A stretch of 64,000 nucleotides of DNA. It comes from Paraspadella gotoi (taxonomy: Eukaryota; Animalia; Chaetognatha). The stretch spans positions 6,547,238-6,611,237 of the forward strand of contig CM119264.1 of NCBI GenBank assembly GCA_051294375.1, in the 5' to 3' direction. Numbering within the stretch: position 1 is the first letter of the stretch; the number at the start of each line of letters is the position of its first letter. Below are positions 1 through 12,995 of this stretch, piece by piece. Made by a program: the position numbers and the translations under genes. The notes under the pieces were generated by a model. That model made no database searches and was not told where the DNA came from. It saw only the letters and a program-made list of their open reading frames with translations.

Positions 1-62
1 ACGGCATGCTCCATCGTCAACTGATGCGCGAATCTAACTGGATCGCAGATCGAAGGGTAAGT
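1..62 (-). CDS. SPATA6: SPATA6-family gene, coding exon 3, runs off the window edge (TYPSICDPVRFAHQLTMEHAV...)
   Basis: Pyrimidine-rich intron end with acceptor gacag|ACT, phase 0, in frame with exon 2. Aligns with the human continuation VFPDAVDPGDVVTQLEYDTAV (from memory), with DP, QL and AV conserved. Confidence 0.78.
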
Positions 63-712
63 CTGTCTCGCGAGTTCGGGTGAGTTGGAGGTGAGGGAGA
101 GAAAGCGATGACAGTTATTAGGAGTGACGAATTTGAGAGGTGGTGAGTGAGACGAAAGTTATGATAGTCTAAAACGGAAAGCGATGATAGAGAAATTAGT
201 CATTAGCGAAAGACCCGCTTCTTAAAAAAATTAGCGGAACCAATTGAAAGTCGTCCTTCCGTGAAAGCGTGAATATTTTCACGCGAGTCGCTCCGCTCGT
301 TTAAAAAATAAAACGTAAACTATTCTCGCGAGAAAAAAAAATGTTTAAATATTCACCTTGTTTCTCATCAACGTCAAAAAAGAATAAAAAAGGAAAAAAA
401 AAACCCCAAAAACTAAAAAAAAACAACCAGAGAATGGCAGAAGTCGATTGCCTTTCGCGAGATCAGCAACATAAGCGACTGCGCGAAAAGAAAAAAGAAG
501 AAGCGGAGCCATATTTCATGATTTATCCGACGGAGTTAATCTAATTCCATGGGTTTTATTCGCCAGATCATTTTATTTCCTTACACGATTACCTTCGTTT
601 GTCTTTCCTTTTTCTTTTTATATTTCCTTTTATTCGATATTTCCTCTCTGAACGGCTCTCACTCTCACTCTTTCTCCTCTACGTTCTCAGTCGATTCTCC
701 CTTCCGCATAAG

Positions 713-713
<1 letters not shown>

Positions 714-810
<97 letters not shown>
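714..810. repeat. (TTA)n microsatellite in SPATA6-like intron 2
   Basis: Pure TTA run. Confidence 0.95.
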
Positions 811-848
811 TATTTATGTTTTAATTTTAATTTGTTTCAATTTGTCAC

Positions 849-976
849 CTTGGAAAAATTTAGCCTCTCGAAGAGACGAATGGGAAATTTAGCGTCATGA
901 AGGCAACTTCGCTTCTTCTGGCCTAACAGGCAGACGATGAGGCAGGCGTCTCGATCTGGCGCGATCGCGTGGTCCC
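849..976 (-). CDS. SPATA6: SPATA6-family gene, coding exon 2 (GDHAIAPDRDACLIVCLLGQKKRSCLHDAKFPIRLFERLNFSK)
   Basis: Acceptor ccaatcag|GG and donor AAG|gtgaca; 128 nt, phase 1 to phase 0. Matches the SPATA6-domain pattern D-x-x-L-x-x-C-x-x-GQ-x-K...FP...R-x-x-F-x-K (human, from memory: [34 protein letters not shown]). Confidence 0.8.
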
Positions 977-1395
977 CTGATTGGTCGGCGTTGAGGGAGA
1001 TAGCGGCCATTGATTGGTCGAAAAAAACGATTATTGAGAAGACGATAATGGTCGATGGCATATGCGAGAGTATATTGAGGTAGTTGATTGGGCGAAATTT
1101 TTTTGGGGGAAAGGACACGGAAGAGTTACAACTTCGATTTATATAGTGTTATATAGGATTATATAATATTTACTGAAATTTTAAAAAAAATAAATAAAAA
1201 AGAGTAATTTCCTGATTAAATGAATATTTTTTCTCCTTCGTTCAGGAAGAAAAACAGAGGGAAGAAACACATGTTGTTATGAGACTGAATGTTATGCTCG
1301 TATAAATATTCCAAATCCCGTGAGACGGTGGCGAAAAAAAAAACTGTTTGATGTGATGGATAGATGAAGAAATGATGAAAAGAAGAAAAGTTGCG

Positions 1396-1399
1396 ATGG

Positions 1400-1430
<31 letters not shown>

Positions 1431-1740
1431 NNNNNNNNNNNNNNNNNNNNNNNNNNNNNNNNNNNNNNNNNNNNNNNNNNNNNNNNNNNNNNNNNNNNNN
1501 NNNNNNNNNNNNNNNNNNNNNNNNNNNNNNNNNNNNNNNNNNNNNNNNNNNNNNNNNNNNNNNNNNNNNNNNNNNNNNNNNNNNNNNNNNNNNNNNNNNN
1601 NNNNNNNNNNNNNNNNNNNNNNNNNNNNNNNNNNNGATGTATGGATGGATGGATGGATGGATAGATCAATGGATGGATGGATGTATAGACGTATGGATAG
1701 ATTGATGGATGTATGGATGGACGGATGAATGGATGGATGA
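1396..1740. repeat. (GGAT)n microsatellite spanning an N-gap
   Basis: GGAT units on both sides of the gap. Confidence 0.9.
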
Positions 1741-2042
1741 ACGAAAGTATAGGTAGACGGAAAGAAAGAAAGCTGACGAAATATAATTAAAATTGAATTA
1801 AGCTACTTTACACTTACAAATTAACATTATCAATATTATCAATATTATATAATCAAGACTGTTACATTTTACGTACATTCTTATTTAACCGCAGAAGGGC
1901 TAAATATTTATCGTAATTCCCAAATGCAACTCATCATTTCGATCGTCAATAAGTCGTTGGAAAACAGAGAAGCGACACATCTTTGAGAATGAAGACGAAA
2001 AAGAAGATAGTTCTCGGGAGATGTTCGTTTATCGCTCTCACA

Positions 2043-2128
<86 letters not shown>

Positions 2129-2188
2129 TACCTCTCTACCCTCCTTACCCGTTATTCCAATTCTCCCCCCTTCCTCACTTATACAGAC

Positions 2189-2255
2189 CCTCGACATTCA
2201 TGAGGTGGAGTTCCAATAAAACGTTGGCTTCGATTCCTCTTTCGGGCCCCGCCAT
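2189..2255 (-). CDS. SPATA6: SPATA6-family gene, coding exon 1 (MAGPERGIEANVLLELHLMNVE-G)
   Basis: ATG in CAAGATGGCG context at 2255 followed by an open frame. The phase-1 donor AGG|GTCTGT at 2188 is weak, but it is the donor that matches the phase-1 acceptor of exon 2. VLLELHLMNV aligns by eye with the SPATA6 N-terminal strand (human, from memory: CALALEISSV). Confidence 0.7.
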
Positions 2256-2260
2256 CTTGG
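2250..2260 (-). promoter_or_regulatory. YY1-type / Kozak motif CAAGATGGCG overlapping the SPATA6-like start codon
   Basis: The plus strand reads CGCCATCTTG at 2250-2259. AAGATGGCG is the known YY1/Pho core and often coincides with start codons in metazoan promoters. Confidence 0.35.
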
Positions 2261-4329
2261 ATTCGCCGCAGACAAATATATGGAATAAAAAATTAGTTTT
2301 TTTTCTTCGTTAAGTTCTCTCTCTATTCCATCATTTTAAAAGGCGCCACTCTTTTTTTTTCTTTCTTTTTTTTTCTTTCTCTCTCTCTCCGTGAAAATCA
2401 CGCGCATTTTTAAACTTTAGGCCGGAATTTCGATGTTCAAATCTCATTGGAACAAGACGGCNNNNNNNNNNNNNNNNNNNNNNNNNNNNNNNNNNNNNNN
2501 NNNNNNNNNNNNNNNNNNNNNNNNNNNNNNNNNNNNNNNNNNNNNNNNNNNNNNNNNNNNNNNNNNNNNNNNNNNNNNNNNNNNNNNNNNNNNNNNNNNN
2601 NNNNNNNNNNNNNNNNNNNNNNNNNNNNNNNNNNNNNNNNNNNNNNNNNNNNNNNNNNNNNNNNNNNNNNNNNNNNNNNNNNNNNNNNNNNNNNNNNNNN
2701 NNNNNNNNGAGAGAGAGAGAGAGAGACGTAGATTGCAGCGTTGCGGCGCGTTTATGAGGAAGAGGCAATCTTCTCCCGAGGCTTGCAAGCGCTTGGTTGC
2801 TAACCAGATCGAAAACTCACGTCTTCTTGAGTTACTAGTTAATCAAGCAAAGTTCGTTGAGACTGTAAACATCTCCAAACAATTGGCTTAATGACGTTTG
2901 CCAGGTGGGAACCTCAGGGCTTTTCTTTTTTTTTTTTTTTTTNNNNNNNNNNNNNNNNNNNNNNNNNCATAACCTGGAAATTTTTTACCCGGCTAGCGGA
3001 ACTTCCGTGTCTTTAGGATTTCTTTACTCATGAAACGCCGTAATTCTCTTTTGATTTCTTTATAGTTTTCTAAATTTAATCATGTTTTTTTTCTGTCTCT
3101 CTCTCTTCCTCTCCTCTCTCTCTCTCCTCTCTTCCTCTCTCTCTCTCTTCTCTCTCTCGTTCTCTTCTCTCTCTTCCTTCTCTCTCTCTCTTTCCTCTCT
3201 TGTTTTTTTTTCTCTCACTCTCTCTATCTCTCTTTTCTCCTCTCCCTCTCTCATCTCTCTCAAATTTCAAAGTCGTTTCTTATGTATGCCCTTTCTATCA
3301 ATGTCTTTACGTTTAATATCTCTCGAATTTTATTCTCAATAAAATTGTTTTTAAATGACTTTTCCTTTTTCCAAAATTTAACTTACCCTGCGTCCCGGTC
3401 AGCGGCAGCAACGGGCGTGAGAAAAATTAATGGGAAACGGGACCCAAAGGGATAAAAAAAGTCAGATGCATACGAAAATGCTCCTTAACATAAACCAAAA
3501 TGCACACATCGAGTAATTATTATACGTTCTTTAAAATATACGACGAGAATTCCTATCCAACTTTCCCGCTTTTTTGTATCTCCCCTGGTGACCGCCCACA
3601 CCGCCGCCCCGCAACCCAGCTTTCGCGCAACCGGGCGCTTCGATTCCGTGACGCCTCTCGGGTGACTTATAAACGCCATTCGCGGCTCACGGAAGTGGGC
3701 GTGCACGACCGCTACTTTAACGTTCACCGAGCTTCAATGATTCGGATTAATTTGCGGATAATTTTCGGTACGTGTTCGTACACGCGTCGTCGTCGTTTTA
3801 GTCTTGTGAAGTTCATTGCGGTAAAGAATGATACGATTGCTTTGTCAATCATCGCAGTCATCAGGAGAAGAGGTATTTCGTCATCGTGCGTTTTAGGTCA
3901 GTGTCATTGTTGTCATGCCATCGTTGTCGTCGATGTTCTCGGTTATGAAACGGCAGTCCGTCACCGTTTTGCAAAGTCATGACTGAAGAAATGGTCGAAA
4001 ATCGTATCGAAAGTATGTTTATTCCGAAAGCCCTGGCCGAATTTATTAGCGTGTTAATTGTGGAGAAGTTTAGTGGGAGTGATAGAGGATGACGATGATG
4101 AGAGAGACGCGAACGGACGAAGGGCGACTCGAAGATTCATGAAGTCATGAACTAAAAAAAGTGTGGTCTCGGTGTGTGAGTGGTCCTGGAGAGTGGATTT
4201 TGTGGAATATGGTGTATTACCTTTCCGCCCATCCGCGGCGGAAGCTTCTTGCTCATTTTTATTTTTTTATTCTCATATAACAACGCGGGGGTCTACTAAT
4301 AATATAAGATTGAAAGAGGAGAGAGAGAG

Positions 4330-4412
<83 letters not shown>

Positions 4413-5359
4413 AGAGAGACCGTAGATTGCAACGAGGTTGCGGGGCGCGTTTATGAGGAAGCGCACAATCTTCTCTCTGAGGGCTTGCAAAGACCCACCC
4501 ACACACCACTGGCTTGGTTGCTTAACCAGGATCGAACACGCTTGTATCTCCAGTGGGAACGGCGGGGTGGGCGGTTTGTTTCGGCGGCGCGGGCCGCCGT
4601 TCTTTTGCCCACCGCGACTTTTGGATTTATTACCTCCAATGTTCTTTTTGGCGTTTAATGTTTTTACCCGCCCATTTTTCTTCTCTTTTTTTTTTTTCCC
4701 TTGTCCCCGTTTCCCTTAAATTTCTCTCCACCCGCCGTGCCTGCCGCTAGACGGGACCCGCCCCGGTACAGGGTTAAAATTTTTGAAAAGAAAAACTCTT
4801 TTTAATCAATTCATGAAAATCGACAATTATTGTATAACGATTAGGAGTTACCCCATGGAAATAAATACAGGAGCATATACGTATTAATATACGAGCTATA
4901 TGGAAAATTTTTGAGAGGGATGGGAGAACGAAAGGGGAGAAAGAGGGAGGAGAAAGAGAGGTTGGGAGATCAAAAAAAAAAGAAGACAGAGAAAGAGAGA
5001 GAGAGAGAGAGACGAAGAGAGAGAGATGAGCAGAGAGAGGAGAGAGAGAGAGTGAGCAGATGAGATGAGAAGAGAGAGAGGAGGGAGCGCCGATCAGCTA
5101 CAGGACTAAGGAATTAGGCGGGTTCCCATGAGTTAACAATTTAACGAGTTGTGCGAAAATAATTTTTCAGGTTTATGAATTTTAACGATAAATGAGTATA
5201 GACTCCCGTGCATTAAATTTAGAGCTTTTTTGGAAATTCTCTTTTCCAAATTAAAAAACTTTTGGCCGACCATTTAACACCAATCACCGGGAGCTGATTT
5301 TGATCTTTTCTCCAAGGAAGTGAAGTGTGGAGAAAGAAAGAGAGAGAGAGGAGAGGAGG

Positions 5360-5401
<42 letters not shown>

Positions 5402-7600
5402 GGGAAATAGAGCTGTTCAGGACCAATTTCACTCCCCATATGAAAATACAAGTTTTCCCCGACCGGCTTCCATGTTCTTGTTCCCGACAAAAAAAAGGAA
5501 AACAGTATAAAAATGAGCAAGTTTTATTTTGACTTTACGTCTCCATCCTTTGATCCTCTATCAGTCTCTTTTGTCTCTGCTGTCTTTCTTTCTCCTTTTG
5601 CTTTTTTCTCCTTTCCCCTTTCTATTCTCCCTTTTTCTTTTCTCCTCTACTCATTCTCTTTTCTTTTTCTTCATTTTCTTCGTTTTTCATCTTCACTCAT
5701 TTTCTCCCTACTCCGTTCCGTCTTTATACTCCTTATCCTTTTATACTCTTCGCTCCCACTTCATTAACGTAAAAACAATTTTTTATCAACCAGGGCGGGT
5801 AATTAATTTCTTTTATTCGACGAAAGATCGAAGTTAATTTTTTTTAAAGTTTTGTGCCCGATCTTCCCATTCATTGGAGTTAATTGAAAGTAAAAACCCT
5901 GATTATTATTTGGATTTAGATTTAGATTGTCTCAAAATTTGTTCTCGAAATAAAGGGAAAAAATTTTATAGAATTTTTTATCGTCGTTTTGGCGGCGAAA
6001 ACCAAAATCCTTTACAAATTTTTGATCTTTTTTATATTAAGGTTTTTCTTCTTTCCCTGTAATGTTAATCATTTTGGTTTCAATTCTGTAAGCCCTCGCA
6101 TTCACATATAGTAGTAATTAGCGTTTAATTTATAAATCTTGAGTTGTGGAATGAAATATTTAGTTTTTATTGTTGGGTTTCTGGTTAAAATTTCCCTTTT
6201 ATAAACTTTCCCTTTGTTAAAACTCAGCCCCTTTTCTGCCAAGCCTTCCTCGGTTTTTTCAATTTTCAGCCTCGAACTTTTTATTCTCATCCGAATCTCA
6301 ATGTCCTGGGAGCCAAAAACGGGTCGGGTCGTCTCCTCTTTCCTTCTTTCGTCTCTCTGTCCCCGTCCTAAAAACCCTCCCCTTCATTTGCCGGGGTCGC
6401 GTTCATAAATTGAAAAATAAGTGGGAATAATCGTTTTTAAAATTAATATTAATCGGCATTTAGCTTGGAAAGAATTTTCATTGACTAAATTAATGGCGCA
6501 CGAAAATATTGGGGTTGGGAACTGAAGGTGTTGTTGTTCTTCCTTGTTGTGGCCATATGAACATTTTGAATTGCAATGTATATATGGATATCCTTGTTAT
6601 TTGGGTCGGTTCGTGTTCGTTTGTGTCGTCGTCTTTCGTCGTTGCGAGTTATCTATCTGTTCACTGTCCTTATTCATCATCATCATCGTTCGTCTGTTGC
6701 CGTTTGCTCGTCGTCGTTCTAAGCACTGTCGCCGGTGTGGTGCTCGGCGTTGCCGGGCCTCTGGGGGAAAAGGAGAGAGAGGAGAGAGAGAAGAGAGAGA
6801 GAGAGAGGAGAAGAGAGAGCAGAGAGACGAAGATAGATATGATAAGATAGATAGATATGAGGGATAACGGATAGATAGGATAGATAGAATAGATAGTAGG
6901 ATAGAGATACGAGAGAGAGATCAGTAGGAGAGAGAGAGGAGAGGGAGGAACAAAAAAAAGAAAAGATACGATAGTGAAAAAAGGAAATTAAAGTTTACAG
7001 AAAGAAAGGAAAGAAATAAAGAAATACAAGAAAGAAAGAAAGCAAAGAAACGAAAGAAAGAAAGAAAGAAAGAAGAAAGAAAAGAAAGAAAGAAAAACGG
7101 AACGAGGTTTCCTGCTCAATTTTAATCTTTTATCTCACATGATGCAATAATCAATATATCGAAATATTAATGAAAAAATTCAAATATTCAATTCCAAATT
7201 CGATTGTGTGTTATGTACGAACATTCAAGAATTTAATTATGCACTGCGAAGTAGCTTCAGGCAATCAATACTTTTTGTCAATACTTTTTGCGGCAATTCG
7301 GCGGATGCGGCGTCCCGCTCTTTCGATATAATTCCTCATTCTCTTTTTTTTTTTTGCCTCGATGCTGCATTTCAAGTTCTCAAGATCTCTACTTTTACGG
7401 CGATACTGCGATACTGCGATACTTTTCTTTCTCGCTTCTCTCGAATTATGCATCGCGTCGGCACCATAAATAAGCTCGTTAGTGGCCTCAGACGAGGAGC
7501 CCGTGCCAACGACTCTTCTTCAGACTTTTTCTCTCTGAAATAATCGGGAGGTGGCATTAAAGACGCTCACCTTCCCGACTACTAAGCGTCGTTTTCACGT

Positions 7601-7726
<126 letters not shown>

Positions 7727-8198
7727 ACCTGAGGTGAATTCATTAACTCAAATTCGGTTTTTAGCTCTCTTCTACTATAAACATATTTTTAACACAAATC
7801 CAATAAACTTATAAAGTAAATTCCTACAAAGCAAAAACGTAAATCGAAACGACCTACCACGCCTTTTTTCGAGAAATAGCGCCGTGGATCCTCGCCTTAT
7901 CCAGATAAAACTCGTTTAGCTCAAAGTTTAGGTTCGACTTTAAAAAATCACATTTTCTCGTTTTTAGCCTCAGGAATTATTTTTTTTTGGTTCCGAATTT
8001 AGGGTTTAAAAAAAATATTTAAAAAAGCATCAGCTTTACAAATAAAAGTGGAAGGTTGATATTTTTTTATCGACGAGTTTTGAAGAAAAAACTAAAAACG
8101 ATTAAAATACCGAGTTTGAGAAAGACGACGGGGACGCAACACCCGACACCACATTCAAAGCAACAACCGATTCCACAAGCCACGTCACAACCAACGCC

Positions 8199-8591
8199 AT
8201 GAAGCTCCTCGCCAGAGCGAGAAAGATGGCGCGACGGAATCGAAGTCTGAACAACTTCTACTCCGGCGCCGCCGCTCGATCCACGCACCGCTTGAGCGCC
8301 TTGGAGGCTCGCCTCGCCACGCGCGTCCCGGCTTACGCTCATAACGCCGGTCAGGTCTCGCCCTTTGTCTTCGGTCCCGCCGACGGGCCTCGCCTCCGCG
8401 GCAACTCGCGCGGCGCCCCCCCGACTTTCGGCGGCGCCGGGGGTGGCGGCGGTGTAGGCGGTGGTGGCGGCGGCGGCGGCGGCGTCGGCGGCGGCGCCCC
8501 TTTCGTCGGGATCCGTGAAGGCGACATCGGCGGCGCGGGAGAGAACTTCAACGCGGATCGAGAGGCGAAGGAGACAAGGCCGGAGACCTGA
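8199..8591 (+). CDS. Candidate first coding exon of the MARVEL-like gene (Arg/Gly-rich, low complexity); 3' boundary uncertain
   Basis: 130-codon GC-rich ORF with GCCATG start and strong C/G third-position bias in an AT-rich background. It ends in TGA just before a possible donor (gc|gtgagg near 8604), so either an indel error is present or this is an independent short ORF. Confidence 0.45.
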   Translation: MKLLARARKMARRNRSLNNFYSGAAARSTHRLSALEARLATRVPAYAHNAGQVSPFVFGPADGPRLRGNSRGAPPTFGGAGGGGGVGGGGGGGGGVGGGAPFVGIREGDIGGAGENFNADREAKETRPET

Positions 8592-9993
8592 TGTGGATGA
8601 TGCGTGAGGAATGGGGAGGTTGCGGGTGCAAACGAAGAAAGAGAGATGAGAGATGAGAGAGCAGAGAGAGAGAACGAGAGAGCAAAGAGAGACGAGAGAA
8701 GAGAATGAGACGAGAGAGAGAGATTAGAGAGAGAAGACTTCACGAAGTGGAATGTATCCCAGTACTGACAGAGAGACAGACCGATTGAAAAGTGACTTAT
8801 TGATTTGCCACGTGAAAAATTCTCGGCGTAAAAAAAAGGGAAATAACGGTCTCGTTTGTGGGGGCGAAGTTACATGCAGGAGTTGAAGGCGAGGGCGAGG
8901 TGACGGGGCTGGAGGATGGATGCGACGGGTGGAGGGTGTACTGCAGTGGGGGGAGTGAGAAAAACGTCCTTCTCACGTTGCAACCTTTTGAGTTGTTTTC
9001 TTTTTTTTTTTCTAGGAGGAAGACTCGCATGACGAAGGCTCGAGACTTACAACATGGGGTTGAAGAGAGGAGAAGTTGGTGAGTGGAATCTGGAGGGGCG
9101 GAGAAAGATGAATTGGGGAAAGTGGGAGGGAGAGTAATGATAAAGAAAAAGTGGGAAATGGTCGTGGACTATTCCAATATACATTTCGGTAATAGTATTT
9201 CGATAAATGTAATTGCTAATTTGGAATATTCTCTTTTTTTCCGCCGCCGATCTTGCTATGCCTAAGGTAAACACAAAAAAAAATTAATCTTCTTTCTTGG
9301 ATTCAATCGGATTTTTTTTTTAAAAATCGACGGTTGCTTAATCAAAATAAATAGAGAGATCAAAAAAAAAANNNNNNNNNNNNNNNNNNNNNNNNNNNNN
9401 NNNNNNNNNNNNNNNNNNNNNNNNNNNNNNNNNNNNNNNNNNNNNNNNNNNNNNNNNNNNNNNNNNNNNNNNNNNNNNNNNNNNNNNNNNNNNNNNNNNN
9501 NNNNNNNNNNNNNNNNNNNNNNNNNNNNNNNNNNNNNNNNNNNNNNNNNNNNNNNNNNNNNNNNNNNNNNNNNNNNNNTATTTATTTATTTTGTTTGTTT
9601 TTGTTTTTCATTTTTTTCGCTCATTTTTCAAACTTAAGTTACAAGATTACTCGTTTTACCATAGTTTTAAAGGAAATTGTTTTGACTATTAGAATATATA
9701 TAGTTTATATACTTTCGTTGGTATTGTAAGATTTTAACGATTAAATTTTAAATATTATTTACATGTTTAGAATATTTGTGAATATTTGAGAGGTTGAGGG
9801 AGATTAGCGTTAATTCTTTCCCCCCTATTTCCTTCTCCTCTTCTCTTGTTCTCAACACCCCCCCCCNNNNNNNNNNNNNNNNNNNNNNNNNNNNNNNNNN
9901 NNNNNNNNNNNNNNNNNNNNNNNNNNNNNNNNNNNNNNNNNNNNNNNNNNNNNNNNNNNNNNNNNNNNNNNNNNNNNNNNNNNNNNNNNNNNN

Positions 9994-10141
9994 CCCGCCT
10001 CTCGCTGCAAAACGTGCCCGACACCCCGAGGGGCAGCGGCGCGGGCGACGGACAGGGGGCCGGCGGAGCGGGAGACGACAAGAAGAAGAAGAAGGCGGGA
10101 GCGGGCGACGGGACGGGCGAAGGCGGCGGATCGGGAAGCGG
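9994..10141 (+). CDS. MARVEL-like gene, internal exon with 5' end in an N-gap (RLSLQNVPDTPRGSGAGDGQGAGGAGDDKKKKKAGAGDGTGEGGGSGS-G)
   Basis: GC-rich coding-like segment ending at donor GG|gtaagg (phase 2), which fits the phase-2 acceptor at 12414. Confidence 0.65.
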
Positions 10142-11919
10142 GTAAGGGTAAGGGTAAGGGTAAGGGAGTGTAGGGTAGGGAGGGACAAGTTCGCATCTCT
10201 TTACTTAAATGTATATTTATGCATTGATATATTATGGCCAAAATGTGAAAGTTTAACACAACAACAATACAAATGTTAATGAGTTGTACATATATATGTG
10301 CGTACCTACTATTTAAAAAAATGTAAAATAAAATAACAATAAAATTACAATGTGGACTAACTATGAACGTAGTTTACAATTTGAATGTTTACATATAGAT
10401 CCCGTTCCTTTTTTAACATTTCACACAAGTCCCAAATTCGTCAACTTTTCCCTCTTTTTTCTAGATGAGGTAATTGACTTTTAATTTTTTTCTTTCTTTT
10501 TTTTCGTAAAGGTTTTTGGGCTTTTGACATTTTGTCTTCGATTTTTCGTCAGCCTTTCCGTCATTTCTTTTTTTTTTCTTTTAGTCCAACTCTGTTTACT
10601 TTCCCCTTTGTCCTTTCTTTTTTTCTTCCCCTCTTTTTACTTTTCTTTTTCCTTCTTTCCTTCTTCATTTCCTTTTGCTCTTTACCAACGGAACTTTCGG
10701 GATTTGACTGGTGTATTTTCGGTTATCTTGCTTTTAAATCATCTCTCCACGTCCTCATCAGGATTTTGCTGACTTTTCTCACTGGCCCCTCGTTGTAAGA
10801 CCACGCCCAAGGTTTTTTTCCGGCCCTCAGCTGTCCCTTTGAAGATTAACCACTAATGCCATCTTCGCTCTCTTCACCCGAGGCATCTTACGCCACTTGC
10901 CATCTCCCTCCTTTTCACCCCAGTCATCTTCCAGTCCCCTTCTTGCCATTTCCCATCTCCCTCCTTTCCACCCATCCCATCTCCCCCCCCACAACTTCTC
11001 CCCCACCCTACCTTCCTCCACGAATCTCAAGGGAGAATATTATTCGTCGTTAAAAAGATTTTTTTTTCTATTTCCCCCTGTAGTTCCTTTTTGTTTTTTG
11101 TTATTTGAGGTTTTCTTGTTTTCTTTGGATTTTCCGGGGATTTTCCGGGTTTTTCTTTTTTATTTTCTTTTTTTTTTGTATTCTTCCTCTTCTTTATTTA
11201 TGTTTTTGTTCTTCATTTTTTACTTTTCTTTTCTTTTTTCGAAGGAGGAAAAGGAAAATGGTTTGGGAGACCGAAAAAAAAAAGAACAGCGCGCGTCTTT
11301 TGTTCGCTTTTTCCCCCTTTTTTTGTTCTTTTCCTCTTTTCTTAGTTTTTCTTATCTTTTTTCATCTTCTTTATCTTTTTTTTTCTTCTGTACTTTTGTT
11401 TTATCTCGAGTTTTCACGCTTCCTCGCACTAGACACTCCCCCCCCCGCTTTCCTGGCCCCGCCTTTCCTATACTCTTCGGAAAAGAAAAGGAAATCTTTT
11501 TCACGAAAGAAAAGAAAATCTTTGGTTCGCAAAATAAGCAAAAAAATATATATAATTTATGCGAAATTTTATTGACAAGGCGTCTCAGTATGACGACCAT
11601 ATTCTCTTTCCGAGTTGTCGTTGTTGTTGTTGTTCTTGTTGTCGTTGTCATTGTTGATTTTTTAATATTATGACGACGACGATAACTTATGGTGGAAAAA
11701 AGAAACATGGCGAAGCCCTACGTTACCATATCGAACCGTTGAAAATTTAATTTTGTTTAGAGTTGAACTTTTTAAAATTTAATTTCGCGATAACTTTTTT
11801 TTTTTATTGACGTCAGAATTGAAAAAATGCATTTGGAGTCGATTAAAAAAAAATTAAAAAAGTTATTTTTAGTTTTCGTTACATTGGGTTTTTTCGCTTT
11901 GTTATCACCAAAATAAAGT

Positions 11920-12243
11920 CATCATCAACACTTTAATCATCACCATCACCATCACCACCAACTACACCATCACTTTCAACTACACCATCATACGAATCAT
12001 CTTCATTTTCGTCGTCGTTATCGTCGTCGTAATTTTTATCATCATCATCATCATCATCATCTTCGTCGTCGTTGTCCTTGCTGTCATCTTCGCTATCATC
12101 ATCGTAATCAATCATCATCATCATCATCCTCATCATCTTCGTCGTCGTTGTTCTAGCCGTCATCTTCGCCATCATCATCATAATCAATCATCATCATCAT
12201 GATCATCACAATCATCATCAATAATCATCGTCATCCTCATCAT
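11920..12243. repeat. (TCA/TCG)n compound microsatellite, intronic
   Basis: Mixed TCA, TCG and CCA triplet runs. Confidence 0.85.
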
Positions 12244-12413
12244 TTTTAAAACCCGCGCTCTTTTCCAATTTTCCAACTGTCACGCCCGCCGTGCTTTTGT
12301 TTCCGCCGCTTGCGATGACGCTTGTTACGACGCCGACGAGGTCCTCTCATTCCTTTTTCCTCGCCCCTCTAATCCCAACCACCCCTCAAACCCTCCGGTG
12401 GTCGCGTGACCAG

Positions 12414-12558
12414 GAGCGAAGGGCCCAAGTTCCGGCGCAACGTTCCTCCTTACTACAAAATCTTCGAACTTAATTCTCGCTTCTTCAAATCCGCGTTGGG
12501 AATCATCACGCTCATCTGCATCGTCTTCAACATCATCGCTCTCATCACGGCCTGCGAG
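12414..12558 (+). CDS. MARVEL-like four-TM protein, exon with TM1 (SEGPKFRRNVPPYYKIFELNSRFFKSALGIITLICIVFNIIALITACE)
   Basis: Acceptor accag|G and donor GAG|gtgact; 145 nt. LNSRFFKSALGIITLICIVF resembles the MARVEL N-terminal signature (ln..f.kt..Gil....iv). Confidence 0.8.
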
Positions 12559-12807
12559 GTGACTCCGTTTGATTGCTCGATAGGTTGATTGAATTATTAA
12601 GCATTTATTGATTTCATTTGGATTTTATCAATTGGATCCACCGACTGGTTGATTAAATCGATCGTTTTTTTGTTTCTATTAATGATTGGTTGATTGACTG
12701 ACTGATCGCTTGATCGATCGCGCGATGGGTGGACTGATTGATCTCCTTTTTTTGATTGATTGATCGATGGGTGGATTCATCTCTTCGTCTCCCCCTCTTT
12801 CCCCAAG

Positions 12808-12995
12808 AGCGATCCCAACATCCACTATCGCCAAGTGGTGCCCCACATCTACATCACAGTTCTGGCCGTGACCTTCATCTTCCTCTTCGTCAAGTATTCC
12901 CTGTACATTCTCAACTGCATCGAGATCAACCGAAGGATGGAAGTGGCTCATCTCGTCCCCGTTCTCATCGTTCTCATCGTTCTCGGCATCTACGG
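12808..12995 (+). CDS. MARVEL-like protein, exon with TM2 and TM3 (SDPNIHYRQVVPHIYITVLAVTFIFLFVKYSLYILNCIEINRRMEVAHLVPVLIVLIVLGIY-G)
   Basis: Polypyrimidine acceptor ctttccccaag|AGC (phase 0) and donor GG|gtcagt (phase 2); contains two hydrophobic stretches. Confidence 0.8.

Noticed and set aside
2790-2810. RFX X-box upstream of the SPATA6-like gene (GGTTGCTAACC)
   Set aside because: Only one half-site matches the X-box consensus.
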